32,000 bases of DNA from Rosenbergiella sp. YN46 (GCA_036620675.1 JAZHEE010000010.1); one strand, 5' to 3'; shown: positions 1-11,878, counted from the stretch's first letter. A program made the numbers and translations. The notes: generated by a model not told the origin, from the sequence alone.

Positions 1-1307
<1,307 letters not shown>

Positions 1308-1396
1308 CCGTAATTGATGGCAGCGCGGCATTGCCGATTTCCATACCGGAAAGGAAATACGCGCTGCTGGTTCGGATTTTTTAGTTTAACCAGTGA

Positions 1397-2710
<1,314 letters not shown>

Positions 2711-2736
2711 TCGTCTGCAATAATTAATCTCTGAAG

Positions 2737-2767
2737 GCCCCGGCAGGAAACTGCCGGGGCTTTTTTT
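2737..2767 (+). terminator. Rho-independent terminator of eno
   Basis: A 10-bp GC stem gccccggcag / ctgccggggc with a gaaa loop is followed by seven T residues (2761-2767). It starts 27 nt after the eno stop. Confidence 0.9.
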
Positions 2768-2781
2768 ATGGCTTGTTGCGG

Positions 2782-3087
2782 ATTAGCGAGGAGTGTTCGA
2801 AAACGGATGGAATATGAACACGTTGGAGAAAGTTCCGTTCACTTTTAGTAAGTGCTTCTCTGTTAATTCGGAACACGTGAATGGGCCAGGGGGGCTCAGT
2901 CGCCACCCCCCTGGCGACCCGGGCTCCCCGGCGGTAAAAAACGCCGCTGACGCGGTTCCCTGCGCTAATTCCCGTCGGGCTTATCGGCACGGGCGAGAGT
3001 CGCCGTCCCTGGCGACCTCGCCCTGTCATGACTTCCCTGTCACTCCTCCGGCCCTCCGTGAACGCTTCGGCATTTTTTAAGCCGGGA
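2782..3087 (+). repeat. Left arm of a ~700-bp imperfect palindrome; structured non-coding element, copy 1 (read on + strand)
   Basis: It aligns block by block with the reverse complement of 3183-3477. Shared blocks are attagcg, gaatatga, ggagaa, ttccgttcac, gtgaa, cagggg..cccctg, ccct-cgctaattcccgtc, gccctgtc, gaacgct and cggga. Internal hairpins are at 2835-2884, 2886-2914 and 2971-2993. A long-range helix pairs 2928-2945 with 3069-3085. Confidence 0.8.
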
Positions 3088-3182
3088 CATAACCCCCTCA
3101 TCGCTTCAGTCGGGTTGCCTGAATGTGACTAGCGCTATCCCTTTCTGTAAATACAAGGGCAGAAGAGTAAAGATGGTGACAC

Positions 3183-3477
3183 TCCCGACCTAAAAATCGC
3201 CGGAGCGTTCGCGGTTGCCAGGGTCAGCCAGACAGGGCGTCTGGCTGAGGGTATACGGCACACGGACGTGCCGTTATACCCGACCCGTCCGGCGGACGGG
3301 AATTAGCGGAGGGCACCCGAAGGGCGATTTTTACGTCGGAAAGCCGGGTTGTCAGGGGCGGCATTTGAGCCCCTGACACGTTCACCGGCGCCGGTATTCA
3401 CATATTAAAAATCACCCTAAGGTGAACGGAATCTTCTCCGACACATCATATTCATTCAAAATCAGGCTCACGCTAAT
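3183..3477 (-). repeat. Right arm of the imperfect palindrome; structured non-coding element, copy 2 (read on - strand)
   Basis: This is a diverged reverse-complement copy of 2782-3087. Equivalent hairpins are at 3379-3429, 3351-3377 and 3284-3300. A long-range helix pairs 3185-3201 with 3323-3339 (16 of 17 bp). There are extra perfect hairpins at 3249-3282 (gggtata(a)cggcac / gtgccgtataccc) and 3223-3247 (tcagccagac / gtctggctga). Confidence 0.8.
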
Positions 3478-3494
3478 ATGCGATGCCCGCCGCT

Positions 3495-4319
3495 TTACAG
3501 CAGCAGTGGCAGCGTTGCGCTGGCCGTTTGCTGGCTGAGCTCGGCATAGTGCTCATCAATGGCGATAAGGGACATCGCCAGCAGTTCTACCAGCAGCATT
3601 ACGCTGATTTTGGCGTTCAACGCGCCGCCGCTTAGCGGACTTTCTGGCTTGGCCGCCACCAGCAGAATATCGCTTAACGACGCCAGCGGGCTGGAAGGGG
3701 TGTTACTGAGCGCCAGCACCTTCACGCCGCGCTTGCGGGCCAGCTTCACCACGTGCAGCAGATCGCGGGTGGATCCCGAACTGGAGATCGCCACTGCTAA
3801 GTCTTCCTGGTTGAGCGTTGCCGCGCTCATCGCCGCGCGATGCATATCGCTGTACTGTTGCGCGCTTTTGCCGAAGCGCAGCAGCTTATACTGAAGATAA
3901 TCTCCGGGGATAGCGCTTGCCGCAACGCCGTATATCTGCACCGAACGCGCCTGATGCAGCGCCTGCGCCGCCGCTTTCAGCATCTGGCGATCCAGTAGTT
4001 TCGCCGTATCCTGTAGCGCCTGTACTGACTCTTCCACCACTCGATCTATCGCATCTCCCGCCTGGCGCGGTGTGGTCTGGTGCTGAATATCCAACGCCAG
4101 CGCCATTTTAAATTCGTTATAGCCTTTGCATCCCAGCGTCCGGCACAGCCGGGTGACGCTTGCTTCGCTGGTTTCGCTTTCCCGCGCCAGCTCGGTAATG
4201 GTCAGGTAGAGCACGCTGGCGGGGGCGTTTAACACGAACTCTCCCAGCTTCTGCTGGGTTGGGCTGTATCCGGATACGCTCTGCCGCAGCCTGAGCAGCA
4301 GGTTTTCATGTTGTGACAT
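3495..4319 (-). CDS. MurR/RpiR-family transcriptional regulator (N-terminal HTH, C-terminal SIS domain), 274 aa
   Basis: The N-terminus (SPTQQKLGEFVLNAPASVLYLTITELARESETSEASVTRLCRTLGCKGYNEFK) is a typical RpiR-type HTH. The C-terminal part (VQIYGVAASA...AISSSGSTRDLL) resembles a SIS sugar-phosphate-binding domain. It is divergent from a PTS gene. Confidence 0.85.
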   Translation of the reverse strand: MSQHENLLLRLRQSVSGYSPTQQKLGEFVLNAPASVLYLTITELARESETSEASVTRLCRTLGCKGYNEFKMALALDIQHQTTPRQAGDAIDRVVEESVQALQDTAKLLDRQMLKAAAQALHQARSVQIYGVAASAIPGDYLQYKLLRFGKSAQQYSDMHRAAMSAATLNQEDLAVAISSSGSTRDLLHVVKLARKRGVKVLALSNTPSSPLASLSDILLVAAKPESPLSGGALNAKISVMLLVELLAMSLIAIDEHYAELSQQTASATLPLLL

Positions 4320-4486
4320 GCAAGTTCCTTAATGCGTTTTGCTACCGGTTAGTGTGGCGGAAAGCGGGGCGCTGACGCCAGTCATTTTAAAAAAGTATGA
4401 TCCGTCTCCCGACTTTTGGTGGTAATTTTCAGTTAATTATTTTTATGTGGTAATAATTTTCACCTTGCTCAGCAGGGAGAAACCTT
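4320..4486. promoter_or_regulatory. Divergent promoter/operator region between the RpiR-family gene and the PTS operon
   Basis: AT-rich intergenic region. It carries a direct repeat gtggtaattttca (4419-4431) and gtggtaataattttca (4447-4462), spaced 28 bp start to start, which is a candidate operator. The Shine-Dalgarno sequence agggaga lies just upstream of the 4487 ATG. No promoter has been mapped. Confidence 0.35.
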
Positions 4487-6040
4487 ATGTCTCTATTCAG
4501 CGGCGCCTCATCGGGAGGCTGGTTCGAAAAAGCGCAGCGCTTTGGCAAATCCTTTATGTTGCCGATTGCCGTGCTACCGGCGGCGGGGCTGCTGTTGGGG
4601 ATTGGCGGCGCGCTCTCTAACCCCAACACCATCACGGCGTATCCTTTCCTGAACGTCGACTGGCTGCAGGCGATATTCACCATTATGAGCAGCGCTGGCG
4701 CCATCGTGTTTGCCAATCTGTCGGTGCTGTTTGCGGTGGGCGTAGCGGTGGGGCTTGCGAAGAGCGATAAAGGCACCGCCGGGCTATCGGCGCTGCTGGC
4801 GTTTCTGGTGATGAACGCCACTATTAATGCCCTGCTGATTCTGACCGGCACCCTGGCGCAGGATAACCCTGGCGCGGTAGGGCAGGGAATGACGCTGGGC
4901 ATTCAGACTCTGGAAACCGGCGTCTTTGGCGGGGTGGTTATCGGCCTGGTGACCTGTATGCTGCATCATCGCTTTCGCAATATTGCGCTGCCGCAGTTTC
5001 TGGGCTTTTTCGGCGGTTCGCGCTTCGTCCCCATCGTCAGCTCTCTGGCCGCCATTGTGGTGGGGGCCCTGATGACCGTTATCTGGCCCCATTTTCAGGC
5101 GCTGATTTTCGGGCTGGGCGGGCTGGTGGATGCCACCGGTTATCTGGGTACCTTCCTGTATGGCTTTATTCTGCGCATGCTGGGCCCCTTCGGTCTGCAT
5201 CATATCTTCTATTTGCCCTTCTGGACTACGGCTCTGGGCGGCAGCGAGATAATTAACGGCCAACTGGTGGAAGGCACGCAGCGCATCTTCTTTGCCCAAC
5301 TGGGCGATCCCGCGACTCAGCAGTTTTATGTCGGGACTTCGCGTTTTATGTCCGGGCGTTTTATCACCATGATGTTCGGGCTGCTGGGAGCCTGCCTTGC
5401 GATGTACCACACGGCGAAACCCGAAAATAAAAAGCGTGTGGCCGGTCTGTTGCTTTCGGCGGCGCTGACCTCATTCCTGACCGGCATTACCGAGCCTGTC
5501 GAGTTCTCGTTCCTGTTTGTGGCCCCGGCGCTTTACGTTATCCATGCCCTGTTCGATGGCCTGGCCTTTATGCTGGCCCATATTCTGCACATCACCATCG
5601 GCCAGACGTTCTCCGGCGGTTTTATCGACTTCATGCTGTTCGGCGTGCTGCAGGGCGAGGCGAAAACCCACTGGATGTACGTGCCCTTGGTCGGTGTTCC
5701 CTGGTTCTTCCTCTACTACTTTATCTTCCGCTTCGCCATTGTCCGTTTCGGTTTCGCCACCCCGGGCAGGGAGAAAGAGGGCGTGGATCAGAGTGAGTTC
5801 GTCCGGGGCGAACGGGCTCAGGCCATTGTGACCGGACTGGGGGGGAGGGATAACCTGGAAGAGGTGGACTGCTGCGCTACTCGCTTACGCGTGACGGTAA
5901 AGGATGCAGCCAAAGTGGACGAGGCGGCGCTAAAAGCGACCGGCGCCCACGGTGTGATTTTGCGCGGCAACGGCGTGCAGGTGGTCTATGGCCCGCACGT
6001 CACCATTATCAGAAATGAAGTAGAAGAGATTTTAGCCTGA
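4487..6040 (+). CDS. PTS glucose-family EIICB component (no EIIA domain), 517 aa
   Basis: The protein is a multi-pass hydrophobic EIIC resembling PtsG/NagE/MalX (FEKAQRFGKSFMLPIAVLPAAGLLLGIGG...). Its C-terminal EIIB domain carries the phospho-cysteine motif (LEEVDCCATRLRVTV). Confidence 0.9.
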   Translation: MSLFSGASSGGWFEKAQRFGKSFMLPIAVLPAAGLLLGIGGALSNPNTITAYPFLNVDWLQAIFTIMSSAGAIVFANLSVLFAVGVAVGLAKSDKGTAGLSALLAFLVMNATINALLILTGTLAQDNPGAVGQGMTLGIQTLETGVFGGVVIGLVTCMLHHRFRNIALPQFLGFFGGSRFVPIVSSLAAIVVGALMTVIWPHFQALIFGLGGLVDATGYLGTFLYGFILRMLGPFGLHHIFYLPFWTTALGGSEIINGQLVEGTQRIFFAQLGDPATQQFYVGTSRFMSGRFITMMFGLLGACLAMYHTAKPENKKRVAGLLLSAALTSFLTGITEPVEFSFLFVAPALYVIHALFDGLAFMLAHILHITIGQTFSGGFIDFMLFGVLQGEAKTHWMYVPLVGVPWFFLYYFIFRFAIVRFGFATPGREKEGVDQSEFVRGERAQAIVTGLGGRDNLEEVDCCATRLRVTVKDAAKVDEAALKATGAHGVILRGNGVQVVYGPHVTIIRNEVEEILA

Positions 6041-6738
6041 TGAATACGTTACTGAACGGCCTGAATGGCCAGCTGATTGTCTCCTGCCAGGCGCTGGAAG
6101 ACGAGCCGTTACATAGTCCCTTTATTATGTCGCGTATGGCGCTGGCGGCAGAGCAGGGAGGAGCCGCCGGAATTCGCGCCAACAGTGTGGCGGATATTGC
6201 GGCCATCCGCCAGCAGGTGGCGCTGCCGGTTATTGGCATCATCAAGCGTGATTACCCCGGAAGCGAGGTGTTTATCACCGCGACCCTGAGAGAGGTGGAT
6301 GAACTGATGACGGTAGCGCCGGAAATCATCGCGCTGGATGCCACCGCCCGCCCGCGCCCCGGCGGTCAGAGCCTGGCGACGCTGGTAGCGCAGATTCGCC
6401 AGCGCTACCCCGGGCAACTGTTGATGGCAGATGTTTCCACCCTGGATGAAGCGAAAACCGCCGAAGCGCTCGGCTTCGACTGCGTTGGCCCCACGCTTTA
6501 TGGCTACACGGAAGAGACCAAAGGCCACAAACTGCCAGAGCAGGATTGCCGTTTTCTGGCTGAACTGGTTGCTGCGGTGACCATTCCGGTGATTGCCGAA
6601 GGCAATGTGGAAACCCCGGAGCTGGCCGCCCGCTGCCTGGCGCTGGGCGCCCATGCCGTGGTGGTTGGCGGCGCCATTACCCGCCCGCAGCAGATTACCA
6701 AACGTTTTGCCGCAGCCATAAGCGCACACTGTCCGTGA
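6040..6738 (+). CDS. Putative N-acetylmannosamine-6-phosphate 2-epimerase (NanE family), 232 aa
   Basis: NanE-like sequence (LIVSCQALEDEPLHSPFIMSRMALAAEQGGAAGIRANS...PVIGIIKRDY...IAEGNV...VVVGGAITRPQQIT). Its start overlaps the PTS stop (TGATG at 6038-6042), which suggests translational coupling. Confidence 0.85.
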   Translation: MNTLLNGLNGQLIVSCQALEDEPLHSPFIMSRMALAAEQGGAAGIRANSVADIAAIRQQVALPVIGIIKRDYPGSEVFITATLREVDELMTVAPEIIALDATARPRPGGQSLATLVAQIRQRYPGQLLMADVSTLDEAKTAEALGFDCVGPTLYGYTEETKGHKLPEQDCRFLAELVAAVTIPVIAEGNVETPELAARCLALGAHAVVVGGAITRPQQITKRFAAAISAHCP

Positions 6739-6797
6739 ATGACCCGGAGCCGAGAATTTGCGATAATCGGCGTTTCCTTCACGCGACAGAGATGATT

Positions 6798-7469
6798 ATG
6801 CAGTACCCGATTAACGAGATGTTCCAGACGCTCCAGGGCGAAGGCTACTTTACCGGCGTGCCGGCTATCTTTATCCGGCTACAGGGATGCCCGGTCGGCT
6901 GCCCGTGGTGCGATACCAAACATACGTGGGAAAAGCTCGCCGATCGGGAAGTGTCGATGTTCAGCATTATGGCCAAAACCCGCGAGAGCGACAAATGGGG
7001 GGCGGCTGGCGTTGAGGATCTGCTGGCGATTATTCAGCGCCAGGGTTACAGCGCGCGCCACGTGGTGATCACCGGCGGTGAACCCTGTATCCACGATCTG
7101 ACCGCTCTGACCGAAGGGCTGGAAAGCCAGGGATTCCGCTGCCAGATAGAGACCAGCGGCACTCACGAAGTACGCTGCACGCCGGACACCTGGGTGACGG
7201 TATCGCCAAAGGTGAATATGCGCGGCGGTTATGATGTGCTGTCGCAGGCGCTCCAGCGCGCCGATGAGATCAAACACCCGGTCGGACGGGTACGTGACAT
7301 TGAAGCGCTCGACGAACTGCTGGAGACGCTGGACGATGAAAAGGCGCGCATCATCGCGCTACAGCCCATCAGCCAGAAAGAAGAGGCGACCCGCCTGTGC
7401 ATCGAAACCTGCATCGCCCGCAACTGGCGGCTGTCGATGCAGACACATAAGTATCTGAATATCGCCTGA
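6798..7469 (+). CDS. queE: 7-carboxy-7-deazaguanine synthase (radical SAM), 223 aa
   Basis: From MQYPINEMFQTLQGEGYFTGVPAIFIRLQGCPVGCPWCDTKHTWEK onward it matches E. coli QueE (YgcF). The tracked ORF start at 6735 is an upstream in-frame extension with no homology support. Confidence 0.93.
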   Translation: MQYPINEMFQTLQGEGYFTGVPAIFIRLQGCPVGCPWCDTKHTWEKLADREVSMFSIMAKTRESDKWGAAGVEDLLAIIQRQGYSARHVVITGGEPCIHDLTALTEGLESQGFRCQIETSGTHEVRCTPDTWVTVSPKVNMRGGYDVLSQALQRADEIKHPVGRVRDIEALDELLETLDDEKARIIALQPISQKEEATRLCIETCIARNWRLSMQTHKYLNIA

Positions 7470-7538
7470 TTCAGGTTTAAATAGATCTGAGCACCCTCTT
7501 CCCTTTGGAGATAAGGATTGTGTGGGAGCCCTTTTTCC

Positions 7539-7561
7539 CCCTCTCCCCTTTGGGGAGAGGG
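7539..7561. repeat. REP/BoxC-like GC palindrome between convergent queE and queD (probable bidirectional terminator)
   Basis: Palindrome ccctctcccc ttt ggggagaggg followed by ccgg. It belongs to the same motif family as 11830-11878. A degenerate partial copy lies at about 7494-7518. Confidence 0.6.
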
Positions 7562-7568
7562 CCGGCGA

Positions 7569-7931
7569 TTACTCGCCCCGGTAGACGCAACCCGCCGTGC
7601 AGGTCTCTTTTACCTGAACCGCGCTCAGCAGCGGCAGTTGCGGCTTAATCTGCTGCCAGATCCAGCGGGCCAGCACTTCGCTGGTGGGATTTTCCAGCCC
7701 CGGAATATCGTTAAGATAGTGGTGATCCAGGCGCTCCCAGGTGGGCTTAAACGCCGCTTTCAGCTCGGCAAAGTCGATGACCCAACCAGTATGGGGATCC
7801 ACTTCGCCGGTCACTTCCAGGCGCACCATAAAGGAGTGGCCATGCAGGCGCCCGCACTTGTGGCCTTCCGGCACGTGGGGCAGCCGGTGTGCGGCTTCGA
7901 AGGTGAACTCTTTAAACAGGGTGGTTGACAT
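7569..7931 (-). CDS. queD: 6-carboxy-5,6,7,8-tetrahydropterin synthase, 120 aa
   Basis: The translation [39 protein letters not shown]...[13 protein letters not shown] matches E. coli QueD (YgcM). I chose the start at the internal Met of the tracked ORF because that is where homology to the E. coli N-terminus begins. Confidence 0.93.
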   Translation of the reverse strand: MSTTLFKEFTFEAAHRLPHVPEGHKCGRLHGHSFMVRLEVTGEVDPHTGWVIDFAELKAAFKPTWERLDHHYLNDIPGLENPTSEVLARWIWQQIKPQLPLLSAVQVKETCTAGCVYRGE

Positions 7932-7952
7932 GTGCAGGCCTCGGTGTGACAA

Positions 7953-8293
7953 AAAACCGCCGCATAGTACCGGAAATGATTTTTTTTGGCATTAACTAAA
8001 ACCCGCTTTGCGCAAGTTTCGCCCTTTTCAGGTGATGAAACTTATGTTTAACATATAAATCAATTGGTTAACAAATCTGTTTTTACGTTAATCAATAACA
8101 TAAAAAGCGGTTAGGCGATTTGGTTATTAATTATTTCCATCCCTTCTTTAATTGTTATTACCCCCGCCGTTAACCTTACTTTCACTTCTGTTTTCGCCCG
8201 CAGGGGCCAGGACACCTGATGCGCCGTTTGGTCGCACTAATCTGGCATTCCGGGGCGGGTGAACGCTTTTAGCATACTGGAACATAACGACGC
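7953..8293. promoter_or_regulatory. queD / cysJ divergent intergenic region containing the cysJIH promoter (expected CysB-dependent)
   Basis: A 340-bp AT-rich region upstream of cysJ. The cysJIH promoter of E. coli and Salmonella is CysB-activated. I did not map individual binding sites. Confidence 0.4.
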
Positions 8294-10090
8294 ATGACGA
8301 CTCAGGCTCCTCCCACTTCGCTGCTTCCGTTAACGCCGGAACAGCTGGCGCGCCTCCAGGCGGCGACCACGGACTTCTCTCCCACCCAGCTGGCATGGCT
8401 TTCCGGCTACTTCTGGGGGATGGTAAATCAACAGCCTGGCGCAACCGTTGGGGGGGCTCCAGCACCGCAAGCGGCGGCGATCACCCTGATTTCGGCTTCC
8501 CAGACCGGTAACGCCCGGCGGGTGGCCGAGCAGCTGCGCGACGACCTGCTGGCGGCGAAGCTGAACGTCAACCTGGTCAACGCCGGCGACTATAAATTCA
8601 AACAGATAGCCCAGGAAAAACTGCTGGTGCTGGTTGCCTCCACTCAGGGGGAAGGGGAGCCGCCGGAAGAGGCGGTCGCGCTGCATAAGTATCTGTTTTC
8701 GAAGAAGGCGCCGAAGCTGACGGACACCGCCTTCGCGGTATTTGGCCTGGGGGATACCTCCTATGAGTTCTTCTGCCAGTCGGGTAAGGATTTCGACGCC
8801 CGCCTGGCGGAGCTGGGCGCGGAACGGCTGCTGGATCGCGTGGATGCCGACGTAGAGTTTCAGGCGGCGGCGGAAAACTGGCGCCAGCGTATTACCGAAA
8901 TCCTGAAGGCGAAAGCGCCTCAGGGAGCCCCGGCTCCTGGCGCCGTTGCCGGTGCGGTGAGTGAAATTGTCACCACGCCATGGACTAAAGAGGCGCCGTT
9001 TGCGGCATCGCTTGCCGTGAACCAGAAAATTACGGGGCGCGGCTCTGATAAAGACGTGCGCCACCTGGAGATCGATCTTGGCGATTCCGGCCTGCGCTAT
9101 CAACCGGGAGACGCGCTGGGCGTCTGGTATCAGAACGACCCGGCGCTGGTGCAGGAGCTCCTCGAGCTGCTGTGGCTGAAGGGCGATGAGATCGTTGAGG
9201 TGAACGGTGAATCTCTGGCGCTCAGCGAAGCGCTACAGTGGCATTTCGAGCTGACGGTGAATACCGCGGGCATCGTAGAAAAATACGCCACCCTGACCCG
9301 TAATGACGCGCTGCTGGAGCTGGTGGGCGATCGCGATAAGCTGCACCACTATGCGGCTACCACGCCGATAGTCGATATGGCGCGCTTCGCTCCGGCCCAA
9401 CTGGAGGCTCAGCAGCTTATCGGGTTACTGCGCCCGCTGACGCCGCGCCTGTACTCCATAGCTTCGTCCCAGGCCGAGGTGGAAAACGAAGTGCATATCA
9501 CCGTTGGCGTGGTGCGCTACGAGGTTGAAGGGCGTGCCCGTAGCGGCGGCGCTTCCGGCTTCCTGGCCGACCGGGTGGAAGAAGATGGCGAAGTGCGGGT
9601 GTTTATCGAACACAACGACAATTTCCGCCTGCCCGCGAATCCGGAAACGCCGGTCATTATGATTGGCCCCGGCACCGGTATCGCACCGTTCCGCGCCTTT
9701 ATGCAGGAGCGCGATGCCCAGGGGGCAACCGGCAAAAACTGGCTGCTGTTCGGTAATCCGCATTTTACCGAGGATTTCCTCTATCAGGTGGAGTGGCAGC
9801 GCTATGTGAAAGAAGGTTTGCTGACCCGTATTGACCTTGCCTGGTCCCGCGACCAGCAAGAGAAGATTTACGTACAGGATAAACTGCGCGAACAGAGCGC
9901 AGAGCTGTGGCGCTGGATTAACGACGGCGCCCATATTTACGTCTGCGGCGACGCCAATCGCATGGCGAAAGACGTTGAGCAGGCGCTTCTGGAAGTGATT
10001 GCCGAACAGGGGAGCATGGACCTGGAAGCGGCGGATGAATATTTAAGTGAGCTGCGCGTAGAGCGCCGTTATCAGCGAGACGTTTACTAA
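8294..10090 (+). CDS. cysJ: Sulfite reductase [NADPH] flavoprotein alpha-component, 598 aa
   Basis: The translation [42 protein letters not shown]...[11 protein letters not shown] is near-identical to E. coli CysJ. Confidence 0.97.
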   Translation: MTTQAPPTSLLPLTPEQLARLQAATTDFSPTQLAWLSGYFWGMVNQQPGATVGGAPAPQAAAITLISASQTGNARRVAEQLRDDLLAAKLNVNLVNAGDYKFKQIAQEKLLVLVASTQGEGEPPEEAVALHKYLFSKKAPKLTDTAFAVFGLGDTSYEFFCQSGKDFDARLAELGAERLLDRVDADVEFQAAAENWRQRITEILKAKAPQGAPAPGAVAGAVSEIVTTPWTKEAPFAASLAVNQKITGRGSDKDVRHLEIDLGDSGLRYQPGDALGVWYQNDPALVQELLELLWLKGDEIVEVNGESLALSEALQWHFELTVNTAGIVEKYATLTRNDALLELVGDRDKLHHYAATTPIVDMARFAPAQLEAQQLIGLLRPLTPRLYSIASSQAEVENEVHITVGVVRYEVEGRARSGGASGFLADRVEEDGEVRVFIEHNDNFRLPANPETPVIMIGPGTGIAPFRAFMQERDAQGATGKNWLLFGNPHFTEDFLYQVEWQRYVKEGLLTRIDLAWSRDQQEKIYVQDKLREQSAELWRWINDGAHIYVCGDANRMAKDVEQALLEVIAEQGSMDLEAADEYLSELRVERRYQRDVY

Positions 10091-11802
10091 TGAGCGAAAA
10101 ACATCCCGGGCCCTTGGTGGTCGAAGGTAAACTGGCCGATGCCGAGCGCATGAAGCTTGAGAGCAACTTCCTGCGCGGCACTATTGCCGAAGATTTAAAC
10201 GACGGCCTGACCGGCGGATTTAAGGGCGACAACTTTCTGCTGATCCGCTTTCACGGCATGTATCAGCAGGACGATCGCGACATTCGCGCCGAACGCGCCG
10301 AACAGAAACTGGAGCCGCGCCACGCCATGCTGCTGCGCTGCCGCCTGCCGGGCGGCATTATGACTACGAAGCAGTGGCTGGCCATCGACAAATTCGCCGG
10401 CGAAAAAACGCTGTATGGCAGCATTCGTCTGACCAACCGCCAGACCTTCCAGTTTCACGGCATTCTGAAGAAGAACGTGAAACCGGTGCACCAGATGCTG
10501 CACGAGGTGGGGCTGGACGCGCTGGCGACCGCCAACGACATGAACCGTAACGTGCTGTGCACCTCTAACCCGATTGAGTCGCAGCTGCACGCCGAGGCTT
10601 ACGAGTGGGCGAAGAAGCTCTCTGAGCACCTGCTGCCGCGCACCCGGGCCTATGCCGAAATCTGGCTGGACCAGGAAAAAGTGGCCACCACCGATGAAGA
10701 GCCGATCCTCGGGCCGACCTATCTGCCGCGTAAATTTAAAACCACGGTGGTGGTGCCGCCGCAGAACGATGTGGATCTGCACGCCAACGATATGAACTTT
10801 GTGGCCATTGCCGAAAACGGCAGGCTGGTGGGCTTTAACCTGCTGGTGGGCGGCGGTCTTTCCATCGAGCACGGCAACAAGAAAACCTATGCCCGTACCG
10901 CCAGCGAGTTCGGCTATATTCCGCTGGAGCACACCCTGGCGGTGGCGGAAGCGGTGGTCACCACCCAGCGCGACTGGGGCAACCGTACCGACCGTAAAAA
11001 CGCCAAGACCAAATACACCCTTGAGCGCGTAGGCGTGGACACCTTTAAGGCTGAAGTGGAGCGCCGGGCAGGTATTACGTTTGAGCCGATCCGCCCTTAT
11101 GAATTCACCGGTCGCGGCGATCGTATCGGCTGGGTGAAGGGGATCGACGATAAGTGGCATCTGACGCTGTTTATCGAAAACGGCCGTATCCTGGACTATC
11201 CGGGGCGCCCGCTGAAGACCGGGCTGCGTAAGATTGCTGAAATCCACAAGGGCGATCTGCGCCTGACCGCCAACCAGAACCTGATCATCGCCGGGGTGCC
11301 GGAAAGCGATAAAGCTTCTATCGAAGCGCTGGCCCGGGAGCATGGCCTGATGGCGGCGACGTCCCGCCAGCGGGAAAACTCGATGGCCTGCGTCTCTTTC
11401 CCGACCTGCCCGCTGGCGATGGCGGAAGCCGAGCGTTTCCTGCCCGGCTTTGTTGATAAGGTGGAAGGGCTGATGGCGGCTCACGGCGTGGCGGACGAGC
11501 ATATCGTTCTGCGCGTAACCGGCTGCCCCAACGGCTGCGGCCGCGCCATGCTGGCGGAAGTGGGGCTGGTGGGCAAAGCGCCCGGGCGCTATAACCTGCA
11601 CCTTGGGGGCAACCGCATCGGCACCCGCATTCCGCGGATGTTCCGGGAAAACATCACCGAGCCGGAGATCCTCAGCATTCTTGATGAACTGGTAGGGCGC
11701 TGGGCCAAAGAGCGTGAAGCGGGCGAAGGCTTCGGCGACTTCACCGTGCGTACCGGCATTGTGCGGCCGGTTCTCGATCCGGCGCGCGATTTCTGGGAAT
11801 AA
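10090..11802 (+). CDS. cysI: Sulfite reductase [NADPH] hemoprotein beta-component, 570 aa
   Basis: The translation [64 protein letters not shown]... matches CysI. Its start overlaps the cysJ stop (TAATG). Confidence 0.97.
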   Translation: MSEKHPGPLVVEGKLADAERMKLESNFLRGTIAEDLNDGLTGGFKGDNFLLIRFHGMYQQDDRDIRAERAEQKLEPRHAMLLRCRLPGGIMTTKQWLAIDKFAGEKTLYGSIRLTNRQTFQFHGILKKNVKPVHQMLHEVGLDALATANDMNRNVLCTSNPIESQLHAEAYEWAKKLSEHLLPRTRAYAEIWLDQEKVATTDEEPILGPTYLPRKFKTTVVVPPQNDVDLHANDMNFVAIAENGRLVGFNLLVGGGLSIEHGNKKTYARTASEFGYIPLEHTLAVAEAVVTTQRDWGNRTDRKNAKTKYTLERVGVDTFKAEVERRAGITFEPIRPYEFTGRGDRIGWVKGIDDKWHLTLFIENGRILDYPGRPLKTGLRKIAEIHKGDLRLTANQNLIIAGVPESDKASIEALAREHGLMAATSRQRENSMACVSFPTCPLAMAEAERFLPGFVDKVEGLMAAHGVADEHIVLRVTGCPNGCGRAMLAEVGLVGKAPGRYNLHLGGNRIGTRIPRMFRENITEPEILSILDELVGRWAKEREAGEGFGDFTVRTGIVRPVLDPARDFWE

Positions 11803-11829
11803 ACGATAACCTCTGGCCCTCTCTCTTAC

Positions 11830-11878
11830 CTGCCCCCTCTCCCTTCAGGAGAGGGCCGGGGTGAGGGGAAGGGGGCAG
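11830..11878. repeat. REP/BoxC-like compound palindrome in the cysI-cysH spacer
   Basis: The outer stem is ctgccccct / agggggcag. It encloses ccctctcc cttca ggagaggg followed by ccggggtgagggg. The core is the same as at 7539-7561. Confidence 0.6.

Noticed and set aside
1321-1382. A nested hairpin (cagcgcg...cgcgctg enclosing atttcc...ggaaat) followed by a T run in the pyrG-eno spacer, considered as a terminator or attenuator.
   Set aside because: The T run begins about 10 nt after the stem, so it is not a canonical intrinsic terminator. pyrG and eno are known to be co-transcribed in E. coli. The sequence alone is not enough to call a regulatory element.
2766-3101. Overlapping ORFs of 111 aa (-) and 95 aa (+) inside the eno-downstream spacer.
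   Set aside because: The sequences are Arg/Pro/Gly-rich and non-protein-like. The homologous right arm (3183-3477) does not preserve either frame: a 1-nt indel between the gaatatga and ggagaa blocks brings a stop after 12 codons. Conservation follows base-pairing rather than codons.
6735-6797. N-terminal extensions of tracked ORFs: queE from 6735, queD to 7952, cas7 from 17766, cas5 from 18843, cas6e from 19547, cas1 from 20245, ftsB from 26987 and surE from 29674.
   Set aside because: Homology to the E. coli proteins begins at the internal Met in each case. The internal starts also have better Shine-Dalgarno spacing or form stop/start overlaps typical of coupled operon genes.
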